From Parachlamydiales bacterium (GTDB taxonomy: Bacteria; Chlamydiota; Chlamydiia; Chlamydiales; Rhabdochlamydiaceae), in NCBI GenBank assembly GCA_963705295.1, contig OY970065.1, positions 1,568,001-1,632,000 on the forward strand: a stretch of 64,000 nucleotides of DNA. Reading direction: 5' to 3'. Under the pieces are notes generated by a model. The model searched no databases. It saw nothing but the letters and a program-made list of their open reading frames with translations, and was not told the DNA's origin. Below are positions 29,626 through 39,453 of the stretch, piece after piece. The translations under genes and the position numbers were made by a program. How positions within the stretch are numbered: position 1 is the stretch's first letter; every line of letters begins with the position of its first letter.

Positions 29626-30852
29626 TTAAGAACTTAGAATCTTCTTAAAGACAATCGCTATGATAACTACCACAACGTGAAGGGCTAATGGAACTCTAGG
29701 AAGGGGCCGGGGAACCAGTGGACGGGCCTTTAAACTCATATGTTCTAGTAGGAGTCTTTCGAGACCTCGGTCTTTTTTTCTTCTTGCTATATCCAACGAA
29801 GGACCACCTACATCGATGATGGTTGGGTCGGCTCCGTGTGCTAAAAGAAGCCTTGCCATTGCCAGATGCCCCCTTCTGACTGCTCTATTCAAAGGAGATC
29901 TGATATCTATATCATCTCCTTCTCGGAGATGCTCTAGTAAAAGTTTCATGAGATCCATTTGCCCACGGGCGGCAGCGATTGCCAGGTCCTCATAATACCG
30001 ATTGTGTTGTCCACCTTGACGTAATATAAAAATGGCAAGGGCCTCATGTCCATTCTTAATAGCGACATCGAGCGGTGTTCCTTGTCCGTTGTAGTCGAGT
30101 TGCATTAATACGGGCGCAGCTTGAAGAAGTAAAGCAGCTAGGGCCACACTCCCCCCACGTTTACACAGCAAATGTAAAGGGGTTTCTCCGAACTGATTCC
30201 TAACCCAAGGCCTTCCACCCGAAGCTAATATTCTTTTGGCTAAATCCTCTACGAGAAAAGAATCTGCTCCATACTTTTTTCCTCTAAAACCTCTAAAAGA
30301 CGCGGGACAATCTCTTTTATGCAAAAACTGGAGGTGGTTTAGAGGTGAAATATGGGTTAAAGAACGGCACTCTTGGATATCTAGATGCTGCAAAGAGGTT
30401 GTTAAATTCAGGTGCTGCATCTCCCGACAAAAGGAAAGAGAAAGGGAAATTAAGTTCGGAGGAATGCGAAGATCTCGAAAGGAAGAAAACTCGATCCGAA
30501 GCTTTTTTAATGCTGTTAACTGCTCAAAAGTCGTATTTAGATCGCCGTCAAACCAAGCGATTGCTACAGACTCAACCTGTGTTATTTCGCTCCGGTTGAA
30601 TAAATCTAAAACCCGTGCAAAAGACCACCGATTAAGAATAAGATTTTTCATTCTGTAGTCTGTAAAACGGTTAAAAAAGGCAGAAAGCTGCGCATCGGTA
30701 ATGTCTGCCGGAAATTTCACATGGGGGGATGTTTTTCTCACGAGTGCAGCTATACGTCTACAGACGAGGGCCCAACATTTTCTAGAATCGGATGCTGCTA
30801 TAACAACCGATAAAATATCATTGGGCAATTGAAGGAGATGTGTAATTGTCAT
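29626..30852 (-). CDS. F-box, LRR and ankyrin protein with C-terminal hydrophobic tail
   Basis: LLQLPNDIL...LVCRR; LISLSLSFC and LQHLDIQEC LRRs; GETPLHL ankyrin; LALHVVVVIIAIVFKK tail. Confidence 0.85.
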   Translation of the reverse strand: MTITHLLQLPNDILSVVIAASDSRKCWALVCRRIAALVRKTSPHVKFPADITDAQLSAFFNRFTDYRMKNLILNRWSFARVLDLFNRSEITQVESVAIAWFDGDLNTTFEQLTALKKLRIEFSSFRDLRIPPNLISLSLSFCREMQHLNLTTSLQHLDIQECRSLTHISPLNHLQFLHKRDCPASFRGFRGKKYGADSFLVEDLAKRILASGGRPWVRNQFGETPLHLLCKRGGSVALAALLLQAAPVLMQLDYNGQGTPLDVAIKNGHEALAIFILRQGGQHNRYYEDLAIAAARGQMDLMKLLLEHLREGDDIDIRSPLNRAVRRGHLAMARLLLAHGADPTIIDVGGPSLDIARRKKDRGLERLLLEHMSLKARPLVPRPLPRVPLALHVVVVIIAIVFKKILSS

Positions 30853-30918
30853 TAGTGAATAATATAACAAAATAATTCAAATCATACAAACAATTGTAAA
30901 TATCTCATATTTAGACGA

Positions 30919-30947
30919 TTGACCATTAGCGGAAAGTTCTGTATTCT
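30919..30947 (+). promoter_or_regulatory. Sigma70-type promoter of the lptD-like gene
   Basis: TTGACC-N17-TATTCT, then 8 nt and ATG. Confidence 0.7.
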
Positions 30948-30955
30948 TCCTCGGA

Positions 30956-33034
30956 ATGAAGCGTCTGCTTTTTTCAGTCACATTGGCTCTGTCTTGTGTC
31001 ATTGCTGAAGAGTACACAATCAATCTGAAAGATCCTGTCTTCACCAATGGTGTCCTTTCGACGGAGCAGGGCGGGGTGATATCGGGGTCGGATTTTAGGA
31101 TTCAAGCGCAGAAGATTGAATATGTGAATCGGGTTGAAAATGGGATGGCCATCAAGAAAATCACGGCTGAGGGTGATTTGCTGTTGGAGAAAAAGGGGCG
31201 GATTTTTGTCGGGAAGAAACTCGAGTACAATCTCGCTGAGAAAACAGGAAAGATGATCGATGGAAAAACCACGACCGATTATTGGTTTATCGGCGGCGAT
31301 GAGATCGAACTTTTGGCCGATGGAAGTTTTTGGATTTCGAATGCGTATCTAACGACGGTCGAAGGTGGAGAGCCTTGGTGGGAGCTGAGCTCGGGGCAAA
31401 TCGATGTCTCCGATCAAAGTGTGATGACGGCTAAGAACATCAAAATTAAGTTTTTTGAAGTGCCGGTCTTTTGGTTTCCGAAATTCAAGCTGAATCTCAA
31501 TTGGGGCAAGAAGGTTAAAGAATCAACCATCCGGTACAAGTTCATTTGGGATCAGATTCTGAAACAAAAAATATCCATGAGGTACGAACTCTACTCAAGT
31601 GAAACGTTCGATCTTTTTGGAAGATTCGATTACCGGTTCAAACGGGGTCCTGGAGCGGCGATCGAAACCGATTACCATCCCTTAAGTGGCCGAACATTTT
31701 TCCAGACAAAGAACTACGCAGCTTATGACAAAGTCGTCGATGATGAGCACGGAAATGAGCGGTACCGATTTCAAGGACTTTTGAATCACAAATCTCTCGA
31801 TGAGCGGACGAAAGTCCACATGAGTTATGACAAACTCAGCGACAATAAGATGCCGCAAGATTTTAAGAGCGATGATTTTGAACTGGGCACCCAAAAAAGA
31901 ACGATTCTCTGGGTCAAAAATCAGCAAGACAATTATCTCACCCGGTTTTCCGTGCAGCCTCGGATCAATTATTTCCAAAGCATCAACCAAGAACTCCCTT
32001 TGATCACCCTCGACCTCCGCCCTTTTCCACTGGGAGAATCGGGGATTATTTTCGACAACTGGTTTTCCGCCGGCTATCTCAACTATGTCTATGCAACGAA
32101 CATCGCCAAAGAACTCTCCAGCTCGAAAGCAGCTCGCCTAGAAACCAATAACACGATCTACCGGAACTTTGACTTAGACCCGATCAGTTTCACCCCTTAC
32201 ACTGGATTTATTGGGATTTTTTATAGCAACACACAAGAACATCACCCGGCAGGACAGGCGATCGGATCGTATGGGTTTGATCTCAACTCACTCCTCTACA
32301 AAAATTACCCCCGGTTCGGCCATACTCTAAAACCGTATCTGAAATACCAAGGCCTCAGTTCTCCTCCCACTCCGAATCATGCCCATTTCATCTTCAACAT
32401 CAACGACGGTTATTTCCAAGAAAATCTCCTCCGGCCGGGCCTCGTTCAAAACTTTTATCCCTTGGCAACGTCTCTCCTTCCAGATGTCTCCCTTGATCTG
32501 TATAGCAACATTTTCCTCGGTCCCAATAAATTCCACCGGACCCTTCCAAAGCTCTACACCACCTGGGAATTTATCTATCCGTCGTGGCATGTGAGTACCG
32601 ATATCGTTTACAATATTCAGGAATGGGTATTCGACCGGACGAATATTAAATCAGATTGGACTGTCTCAGAAAATTTTGCTTTCGGACTCGAGTTTCGGCA
32701 CCGGAGTAAGTTTGATTGGAGAAAATCGGATCATGACAACTACCTCCTCGATCTCGCAAGGCCGATTGAAGAGCTCGTCCACTCCCCGATCTCGGATGGC
32801 CGCGATACCGTTCTTTCCCGCTTCCAAATCCGGCTTTCACCTCTTTGGACATGCCATATCGAAAGCCACCACGGCTGGGGACGGAAAAATGAGCCACGCT
32901 ACGACGGGTTCGAAGTCCGCATCTCTACCCTTCTCACGGGTAAATGGCAGCTCCAATTCGGCTACAAACACACTCCTGGCATCAAGAACGAGTGGGTCTT
33001 CCCCTATATCAAGTTACTTCCAACCGAGTTCTAA
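30956..33034 (+). CDS. LptD/OstA-like outer membrane protein
   Basis: Signal peptide; N-terminal IQAQKIEY/AEGD/LEYN jellyroll-like region; VPVFWFP; aromatic beta-barrel pattern; C-terminal Phe. Confidence 0.75.
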   Translation: MKRLLFSVTLALSCVIAEEYTINLKDPVFTNGVLSTEQGGVISGSDFRIQAQKIEYVNRVENGMAIKKITAEGDLLLEKKGRIFVGKKLEYNLAEKTGKMIDGKTTTDYWFIGGDEIELLADGSFWISNAYLTTVEGGEPWWELSSGQIDVSDQSVMTAKNIKIKFFEVPVFWFPKFKLNLNWGKKVKESTIRYKFIWDQILKQKISMRYELYSSETFDLFGRFDYRFKRGPGAAIETDYHPLSGRTFFQTKNYAAYDKVVDDEHGNERYRFQGLLNHKSLDERTKVHMSYDKLSDNKMPQDFKSDDFELGTQKRTILWVKNQQDNYLTRFSVQPRINYFQSINQELPLITLDLRPFPLGESGIIFDNWFSAGYLNYVYATNIAKELSSSKAARLETNNTIYRNFDLDPISFTPYTGFIGIFYSNTQEHHPAGQAIGSYGFDLNSLLYKNYPRFGHTLKPYLKYQGLSSPPTPNHAHFIFNINDGYFQENLLRPGLVQNFYPLATSLLPDVSLDLYSNIFLGPNKFHRTLPKLYTTWEFIYPSWHVSTDIVYNIQEWVFDRTNIKSDWTVSENFAFGLEFRHRSKFDWRKSDHDNYLLDLARPIEELVHSPISDGRDTVLSRFQIRLSPLWTCHIESHHGWGRKNEPRYDGFEVRISTLLTGKWQLQFGYKHTPGIKNEWVFPYIKLLPTEF

Positions 33035-35741
33035 AGGAGGAAATGATCGATTGAAGTTTTGTCGCATGACGGGTCCGCTCGGCCGCCTGTTTTTCCACTT
33101 TTTTCTGCATCTCGCTTTCCAGAGAGCGGATAGAATCTTCACGGATCTCGGCACTTTTAGCTGCCGTATCCAACCGAGCCGTATGCAAAGCCGACTCTGC
33201 CTCTTGTTTTGCCCGCGCAAACATCGTCAGCTGACTATCTAACCTCCCTAGTTGAAAACTCTCTTGGAGGGCACCCACTGTATCCGCAGCCATTTGCACG
33301 CGAAGGGATTCTATTTCTCTATTTAAAAGACCTATCTCTTCACTCTCTCTTACTAATCGGTTCTTCCGCTTCTCTAATTCTCGATACTGTGTATCTAGAA
33401 GTTTAAGAGCAATTTCCTTAGATTGGACGACACTCGACCCTTCTAAGTGAGTTTTTTCTCGCTCTTTTTCTTCAAGAGGTTGATACATCGCAAGACGGCG
33501 CCGCTCGAGATCCCCTTTACGGCTTTTTTCGAGTTCGCCGCGGATTTCTTTCAGCCGCTGTTCTTGTTTTTCAAGAGCTTCTAATTCTTTTTTAGGATCT
33601 TGACGGGCGGCTTTTACTCCTGTAACGGGGGTATCGGGATGATCGACCCGTTGTTTAAATTCCCTCTTCTTGGCTTTAAATTCTAGGCTTTCGACGGTCC
33701 CGGCTAAGGTTTTTTCTTCTCTTTCAAGTTTTAAGATGGCGGAAATTTCCGCTTCAAGCGCTTTCAAAACCTTTTTCTCGGTTTCAATCTGTTGGTCCAG
33801 CTCTTTTACTTTTGGAGCTAATTTAGACTTTGCATCTGCAAGTGCCCTTTCGGCTTCTCGATATTTAACGAGCATAGCTTGAAGCCGTGTAGAAATCTGT
33901 TCTGATTCGAGACGTTGCACACTTTGCTGCAGAGCTTCTAACTGTTTTCCTTTTATAGCGAGAAGATTAGCGGTACTTATACCACTCGGACGGGATTGCA
34001 ACTCCCTCAATTGCCTTTGCACGTTGTCGTAGGCCAATTCTGCATTCCGAGCCACTTGTTCTTTCTCTTTGAGCCGCGTTTCCATTGTCTTGACGCGGCT
34101 TTCTTCCGCAGTTTTTAGCCTTTGTTTTTCGGTTGTATAAATCGTATCGATTGCACCGAGGGTCCGTTCATGGAGATTTTTTTCATCGGCATACTCTTTC
34201 TGCGCGGCTGTATAGGCTCCTCGGAGTTCAGCTCCTATCAAGTCCAAATGGGTGATCGATGTTAGTTCAGAGGTGACCGGCTCCTGAAAGGTTCGACTCA
34301 CCAAAACATCGGCATGCTCATAGAAAAAACCTCGCACTAAAGCACGAATTTCCGGTTGTTTGGGGTCGATAAAATTATATTGGAGAAATTCCGATCCATA
34401 TCTTTGAGAAATCTCGGTCCATCGCGTGACCCTTTTTACTTCCCTAGCAAAGCGAGCTTTTAAATCGCCATCTTCGGGTAACAAAACACTGGACTCAAAA
34501 AGAGGTAAATATTCGTGAAAGAGTTTTGAAAGAGGCAGATCCGCTGTTTCAGCAAGAGCTGCTTGCGTCCATTCTCGAGGTGAGAAAAAGACCTTCAAAC
34601 TCTCTAAAAAGCCGGCTCGATCAAAAGCCAAAACATTGCGGAGGTTAATAGGAGATCCCCACCTGGATAAAAGAGTTTCTCTCACATCGTTTTTCGTAAT
34701 CCCGAGAAGTTCCCGATCCTTGCGGAAGGCAGGATTGACGATGTCGAGTGTCGGCAGTTGAAGAAACTGCTCTTTGAGAAGAGGGACATAGGCGGGGTTC
34801 GCAGCAATGGTTTCGATCCCATTTCTAAAGCGAAAGATGGTGTATGTTAAGGCAGGAAGGTTTTTAAATTCCCTTGTTAAAAGGGCAACTTCAAGGGTGT
34901 TTTGCACATTGAACGCTTTCATGCCCTTTTCATACTTCGACCGGATTTCGACCAGACCCAGACCTCGGCTCAGAACATGGGCAACAAAACTCGGCTGGAG
35001 CAAAGCAAGGCCGTCGGGATCCAGGTGGTCAAGACCGTTCATGCCATTTCGCTCGATAAACCGTTCATAGGTTTGGCCGTCAACTCTAGCTTCTCTAAAA
35101 ACGACCGATCTTCTGTATTGATTTTGTTCTTCGGTTGTCAGCAACCTTGTAAAAGCCCTCTGACCTTCTAAAGCGGTTAAGGTGAATTCGGGTTGCTCGA
35201 GATAATGGATATACGATGCCTTCAAGGCATCGAGGGTTTCACGACTTAAAGGGGCGTTGAAAATGCCTTCGGTTTGACGGTGCAAAAATTGAGAATACCC
35301 ATGTTGGTCGAGTAGGTACGCAGCCCACTGATTGAACTCTTCATCTGAAAAGACAAGTGGATCCTTATAAACATTTCTTAAAGTTACAAGGGGGTTATTT
35401 TCAATACCACTACTCACAATACGTCGTTGCATCTTCATTTCGTTTGGATCTTTCTCTCGCCGGTTAAAAAACCATAGTGCAAGACCGACCACAGAAGAGA
35501 AGAGAGTGAATGTTGCTGAAGCGGTAAAAATGATTAAAATTGTTCTCGGTTTTGCGGTGAGAGAAGTGTATACGTAATGTGTAAAGATTCCTGACGGAAT
35601 GCTGACCGCCGTCAAAAACTGGCCCGCATGCCGACGGGTTTTCCGCCCTGCAGTTTCAATCGGTCCCGTCAAGTCATTCCAATTTGTAAGTGGTCTAGGA
35701 GCAGGTGCGCGTGCAAAAGAAGGTGCTGGTGCTGATGCCAT
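33009..35741 (-). CDS. Large Inc-like protein with long C-terminal coiled coil
   Basis: Pro/Ala-rich N-terminus; two hydrophobic segments at about aa 40-92; E/K/L/R-rich heptads in the last roughly 400 aa; GAGG SD. Confidence 0.75.
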   Translation of the reverse strand: MASAPAPSFARAPAPRPLTNWNDLTGPIETAGRKTRRHAGQFLTAVSIPSGIFTHYVYTSLTAKPRTILIIFTASATFTLFSSVVGLALWFFNRREKDPNEMKMQRRIVSSGIENNPLVTLRNVYKDPLVFSDEEFNQWAAYLLDQHGYSQFLHRQTEGIFNAPLSRETLDALKASYIHYLEQPEFTLTALEGQRAFTRLLTTEEQNQYRRSVVFREARVDGQTYERFIERNGMNGLDHLDPDGLALLQPSFVAHVLSRGLGLVEIRSKYEKGMKAFNVQNTLEVALLTREFKNLPALTYTIFRFRNGIETIAANPAYVPLLKEQFLQLPTLDIVNPAFRKDRELLGITKNDVRETLLSRWGSPINLRNVLAFDRAGFLESLKVFFSPREWTQAALAETADLPLSKLFHEYLPLFESSVLLPEDGDLKARFAREVKRVTRWTEISQRYGSEFLQYNFIDPKQPEIRALVRGFFYEHADVLVSRTFQEPVTSELTSITHLDLIGAELRGAYTAAQKEYADEKNLHERTLGAIDTIYTTEKQRLKTAEESRVKTMETRLKEKEQVARNAELAYDNVQRQLRELQSRPSGISTANLLAIKGKQLEALQQSVQRLESEQISTRLQAMLVKYREAERALADAKSKLAPKVKELDQQIETEKKVLKALEAEISAILKLEREEKTLAGTVESLEFKAKKREFKQRVDHPDTPVTGVKAARQDPKKELEALEKQEQRLKEIRGELEKSRKGDLERRRLAMYQPLEEKEREKTHLEGSSVVQSKEIALKLLDTQYRELEKRKNRLVRESEEIGLLNREIESLRVQMAADTVGALQESFQLGRLDSQLTMFARAKQEAESALHTARLDTAAKSAEIREDSIRSLESEMQKKVEKQAAERTRHATKLQSIISSFRTRLEVT

Positions 35742-35772
35742 ATATTCCTCAATTTTTTCAGAATATTATACT

Positions 35773-37962
35773 CTAAAACTGTTCTTGGTCGAATACTAAT
35801 CTTTTTTTGGGAGCATCGACATACAGTTTTTCATTGATTTCCCTCGCGATGGTGAGGTATTTCAAAGCTTTTTTTTCACACTTTTCTTTAAGGTAGCTCC
35901 AGCCGATCCCTTGGTAGGCGGTCAAAACAATAGGATTGCTGTCTCCGCAATGGTGCTCTCCCATGCGGAGAGCTTTTTTGAATAATGTGCGGGCTTTTTT
36001 ATACTGATGGAGCTTGAGATAAGCTCTTCCCATCGCGTTCCAAAGACGTGAGAGGTAAGGGTTTCGAAGGGGAAATTTCCGTTCAATATCGAGGAATAAA
36101 TCTAACGCCCCGCGGATCTTGCCCTGGTCATAGAGCATGATTCCCTTGCATAGGACACTGTACAGATAGAAAGGGTGGTTTTTTCCCAAAATTTGTTGAT
36201 CGACAATCGCCGTTTTCTCAAACCATTCCAAAGATTCGTCGTATCTTTTTAGTTTACTCAGACTATTGGCGATATTATGGTAGCTAAAGATGAAGTCGTT
36301 TTCTCCATGATGCTGCTGCCTAATGGCTAAGGCTTCTTGATGACATTTTAAAGCCTCCTCATACTCTCCCATTTCTACCAAAATACAACCTTTGTTATTC
36401 AGAGAATGCGCTAGATTCAAAGGAAATTGTTCAAAATGGAGTTTTTGAATTTCTATCGCCTTTCTAACTGAGTCGAGCCCTTCAGAATACCTCCCCAGTC
36501 TCATCAGATCCCAACCCATCGCTTGATAAATGTCTCCCACTTCGATCTTTGTAACATGTGGACCCAAAATTTGAAGAGCTTCCTTAAAAACCTCGACAGA
36601 ATCAAAAAAGTAGTCATTATAAAGACCCCAAATCCCTATCATTTCTAAAATTTTAGCTCTTTTTAGAGGATCGACCTCAGCCGCATTTTGAAGGGCATGC
36701 CTCCTAACCTCACTCGCGTGGATATAAAAAAGCCAACCTTCTCTCCAAGTTGACATCTTCTCAAATTGATAATCTAGAGCATGTTTTTCGATTAAGGTCA
36801 CCGCTTGTCCAAGATCGGTTCGGATCGAATCTTTTCGACTTTCCCGCAGCACATGCTGGAAAAAGGGGTGAAGAGAAAATGTTTTCGTTTTTTCGTCGTA
36901 CCGAATCAGGCTGTACATCTGCAGCGACTTTAAGATCTCTTTTTTTTCGACATCGACGTTCGGTATATTCCCCAGCCAATCGGCAATCCACTCTTCTGGA
37001 ATCGATTCACGGTAAAGATAGCCGCAAAGATAGAGCCACTGGAGTGCCGAAGGATGATTCTTCTCGAGCCACCGCAGAGGGAAGAGCCACGATGTCGCTA
37101 GACTTTTCGTATACCGTCCATTCACATCGGTGTATTTCCAGAGAGGCCCGAATTTTTCCCGATAACTAGAAGCAAAAAGAGTGTGGTATTCGGCAATACT
37201 AAAACCGGGAGTGGCTTTGATGTAATGCCCCACAGCATTCACAAGTAAGGGAATTCCATCCAAATCTTTTGCCAGATCTTCCATAGCAAGGCTCGGTTTT
37301 TCCCCCGTAATTTTTTCGAGCAGTGCCATGGATTCCTCCAAGGAAAAGGGGGGAATCTCGACCCAATATTCGGGATTTAAGATCCTCTTCTGAGAGGTGA
37401 TCAGAATCGATCCTCCTCTTTGAGGATAAGAAATCGTATCGTCTTCCACATTATCGAAAATGAGTAGCCAAGGAAGTTTAAACGGGTGATTTTCAAGATG
37501 GAGATGGACCCTTTCCTGGATTCTTTGAGCCGACTCTCCCCCACCGAGGAGTCCCAGCTTCTCCGCCAGGTCCCGGTATCCTTGATCGAGATGCTCTTTG
37601 CTGTCACACATGAACGTCCAGATGAATGAAAACTTATTCTGATACAGATTTCCAAACTGGATCGCCGTCTCGCTCTTGCCAAATCCTCCCCTCCCGAGAA
37701 GGATTCTCATTTTTAAATTCCCGTCCTTCTTCGTCAGATCGTTCTTAAGAGAGTCCAACACCTTCTGCCGGCCAATAAAATCAGGCGATGGCCCTTTGAG
37801 ATAGACAAAGTGAGAATCCGAAGACCGCTTGGGATAAAAAAAGAAAAGGAGTAATCCGAGACTAAAAACCCATACCCAGCGAAAGGTTTTCTTCCTCTTG
37901 GGCGGAAGGTAGAGATCCTCGATCTTTTCATCCCTGAGAATTGATGACGGAATACCAGGCAC
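35773..37962 (-). CDS. NB-ARC (STAND NTPase) plus TPR protein with N-terminal TM helix
   Basis: FIGRQ, Walker A GRGGFGKS, Walker B WLLIFDNVED, GIPL and kinesin-light-chain-type TPRs. Confidence 0.9.
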   Translation of the reverse strand: MPGIPSSILRDEKIEDLYLPPKRKKTFRWVWVFSLGLLLFFFYPKRSSDSHFVYLKGPSPDFIGRQKVLDSLKNDLTKKDGNLKMRILLGRGGFGKSETAIQFGNLYQNKFSFIWTFMCDSKEHLDQGYRDLAEKLGLLGGGESAQRIQERVHLHLENHPFKLPWLLIFDNVEDDTISYPQRGGSILITSQKRILNPEYWVEIPPFSLEESMALLEKITGEKPSLAMEDLAKDLDGIPLLVNAVGHYIKATPGFSIAEYHTLFASSYREKFGPLWKYTDVNGRYTKSLATSWLFPLRWLEKNHPSALQWLYLCGYLYRESIPEEWIADWLGNIPNVDVEKKEILKSLQMYSLIRYDEKTKTFSLHPFFQHVLRESRKDSIRTDLGQAVTLIEKHALDYQFEKMSTWREGWLFYIHASEVRRHALQNAAEVDPLKRAKILEMIGIWGLYNDYFFDSVEVFKEALQILGPHVTKIEVGDIYQAMGWDLMRLGRYSEGLDSVRKAIEIQKLHFEQFPLNLAHSLNNKGCILVEMGEYEEALKCHQEALAIRQQHHGENDFIFSYHNIANSLSKLKRYDESLEWFEKTAIVDQQILGKNHPFYLYSVLCKGIMLYDQGKIRGALDLFLDIERKFPLRNPYLSRLWNAMGRAYLKLHQYKKARTLFKKALRMGEHHCGDSNPIVLTAYQGIGWSYLKEKCEKKALKYLTIAREINEKLYVDAPKKRLVFDQEQF

Positions 37963-38007
37963 GGGGGTATTTTAACTTTATCCCGAATTATTTAGAATAA
38001 CTAGAAC

Positions 38008-38079
38008 GCCGAGGAGGAGGATCGATTTGGCTTTGCCTAGCGGCGCATATTGTCACTTGTTTACCAGCCCCGTTAATAA
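38008..38079. repeat. Truncated chimeric palindromic element E3
   Basis: 38050-38079 identical to the E1 right arm; 38008-38026 GCCGAGGAGGAGGATCGAT matches the E6 core. Confidence 0.88.
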
Positions 38080-38088
38080 TATGATGCG

Positions 38089-39453
38089 ATGATGTTGGAT
38101 TTCTATGATGTGATCATTGTTGGGGCCGGATATGCCGGATTAGCGTGTGCTCTGAAGCTTCAAGAAAAGGGAGCAAAAGTCGTTTTGCTGGAAGCGAAAG
38201 ATCGGGTTGGGGGGCGGACGCTGGATCGGGAGGTCTTCGGCAGTCGCCGGTTAGAGCTGGGCGGGCAATATATTGCTCCTATTCAAAAGAGGGTCACGAA
38301 AATGATCGCCGATCTGGGGCTGAAGACCTATCAAGCTTGGGGAAAGGGAGACAATTTCCTCATCTACGATGGTATGTTGGCTCGGTATTCATCGACACCT
38401 TCGGAATGCCTTGGAAAACTTCTATCCGATCCAACGATCCAAAAAGAGATTGATCAAGCTATCTTAATGCTGGAAAAGATGGTTGAAGAGGTCCCTTCGC
38501 ACGCTCCCTGGGATGCTGCTGAAGGGGATCTTTGGGATAGCATGACTTTCGAGAGTTGGATCCAAGATCATCTCCACTCTTCTGCCGCTCAGCAATTTTT
38601 TCGATTCATCGTCAATCAAGGGTTTTCAACGGAACCGGAGGATATTTCCGTTTTGCAGATGGTCTGGTTTTTTAAAACGAGCCACGGCCTGCCCCCTTGG
38701 GCTATGGGGGGTCCTCAAGCCAACCGGATCGATGGAGGGACTCAACTGGCGGCTATCAAAATGGGAGAAAAACTTCCTATCCAATTCCAAGAGAGAGTCA
38801 TTCAAATTGTTCAGACGGAAGTTGGGGTAGAGGTGGTGACGACTCGGAGGATCTACAAAGCTCAACGTGCGGTCGTTTCTGTCCCACCTCAACTGATTCT
38901 GACGATCCATTATGAGCCTTCGCTTCCCTCGGACCTTCACCGGGCCTTTGCTGCTATGCAAACGGGGAATGCTATGAAAGTGCAGGCGGTTTATAAAACT
39001 CCTTTCTGGCGCGCAAAAGGGTTTTCAGGAAACGGGATCTCCTACAATCGAAGCCCCACTTTCACATATGATAATAGTGGTCCCGATGGAGTTCCGGGAG
39101 TCCTGCTTGGATTTCTTACGGCTTCAAAGGCAACAGAGATGAATCGCCTGCCTGAAAATAAACGGAGGGATGCGGTTTTATCGACATGGGCCTCGGTCTT
39201 CGGGCAAGAGGTCATGGATCCGATCGAATACATCGAATACGATTGGCTCCAAGATCCTACCATACGGGGCGGTCATGGATGCCACTTTCCGCCTGGATTC
39301 TGGAAGGAACTCGGTCCTGCCCTCGGAAAAAATCAGATGCCCAGCTTCGGGCGGATCATTTGGGCTGCTTCTGATCTTGCAAAAGACTGGAATGGTTATT
39401 TGGAAGGAGCCCTTTTTGCGGGCGAGCAAGCTGCTGAGGAGACTTTAGTATGA
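38089..39453 (+). CDS. Flavin monoamine oxidase family protein
   Basis: VIIVGAGYAGL, LEAKDRVGGR, ELGGQYI, YKTPFWR and GYLEGA motifs. Confidence 0.93.
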   Translation: MMLDFYDVIIVGAGYAGLACALKLQEKGAKVVLLEAKDRVGGRTLDREVFGSRRLELGGQYIAPIQKRVTKMIADLGLKTYQAWGKGDNFLIYDGMLARYSSTPSECLGKLLSDPTIQKEIDQAILMLEKMVEEVPSHAPWDAAEGDLWDSMTFESWIQDHLHSSAAQQFFRFIVNQGFSTEPEDISVLQMVWFFKTSHGLPPWAMGGPQANRIDGGTQLAAIKMGEKLPIQFQERVIQIVQTEVGVEVVTTRRIYKAQRAVVSVPPQLILTIHYEPSLPSDLHRAFAAMQTGNAMKVQAVYKTPFWRAKGFSGNGISYNRSPTFTYDNSGPDGVPGVLLGFLTASKATEMNRLPENKRRDAVLSTWASVFGQEVMDPIEYIEYDWLQDPTIRGGHGCHFPPGFWKELGPALGKNQMPSFGRIIWAASDLAKDWNGYLEGALFAGEQAAEETLV

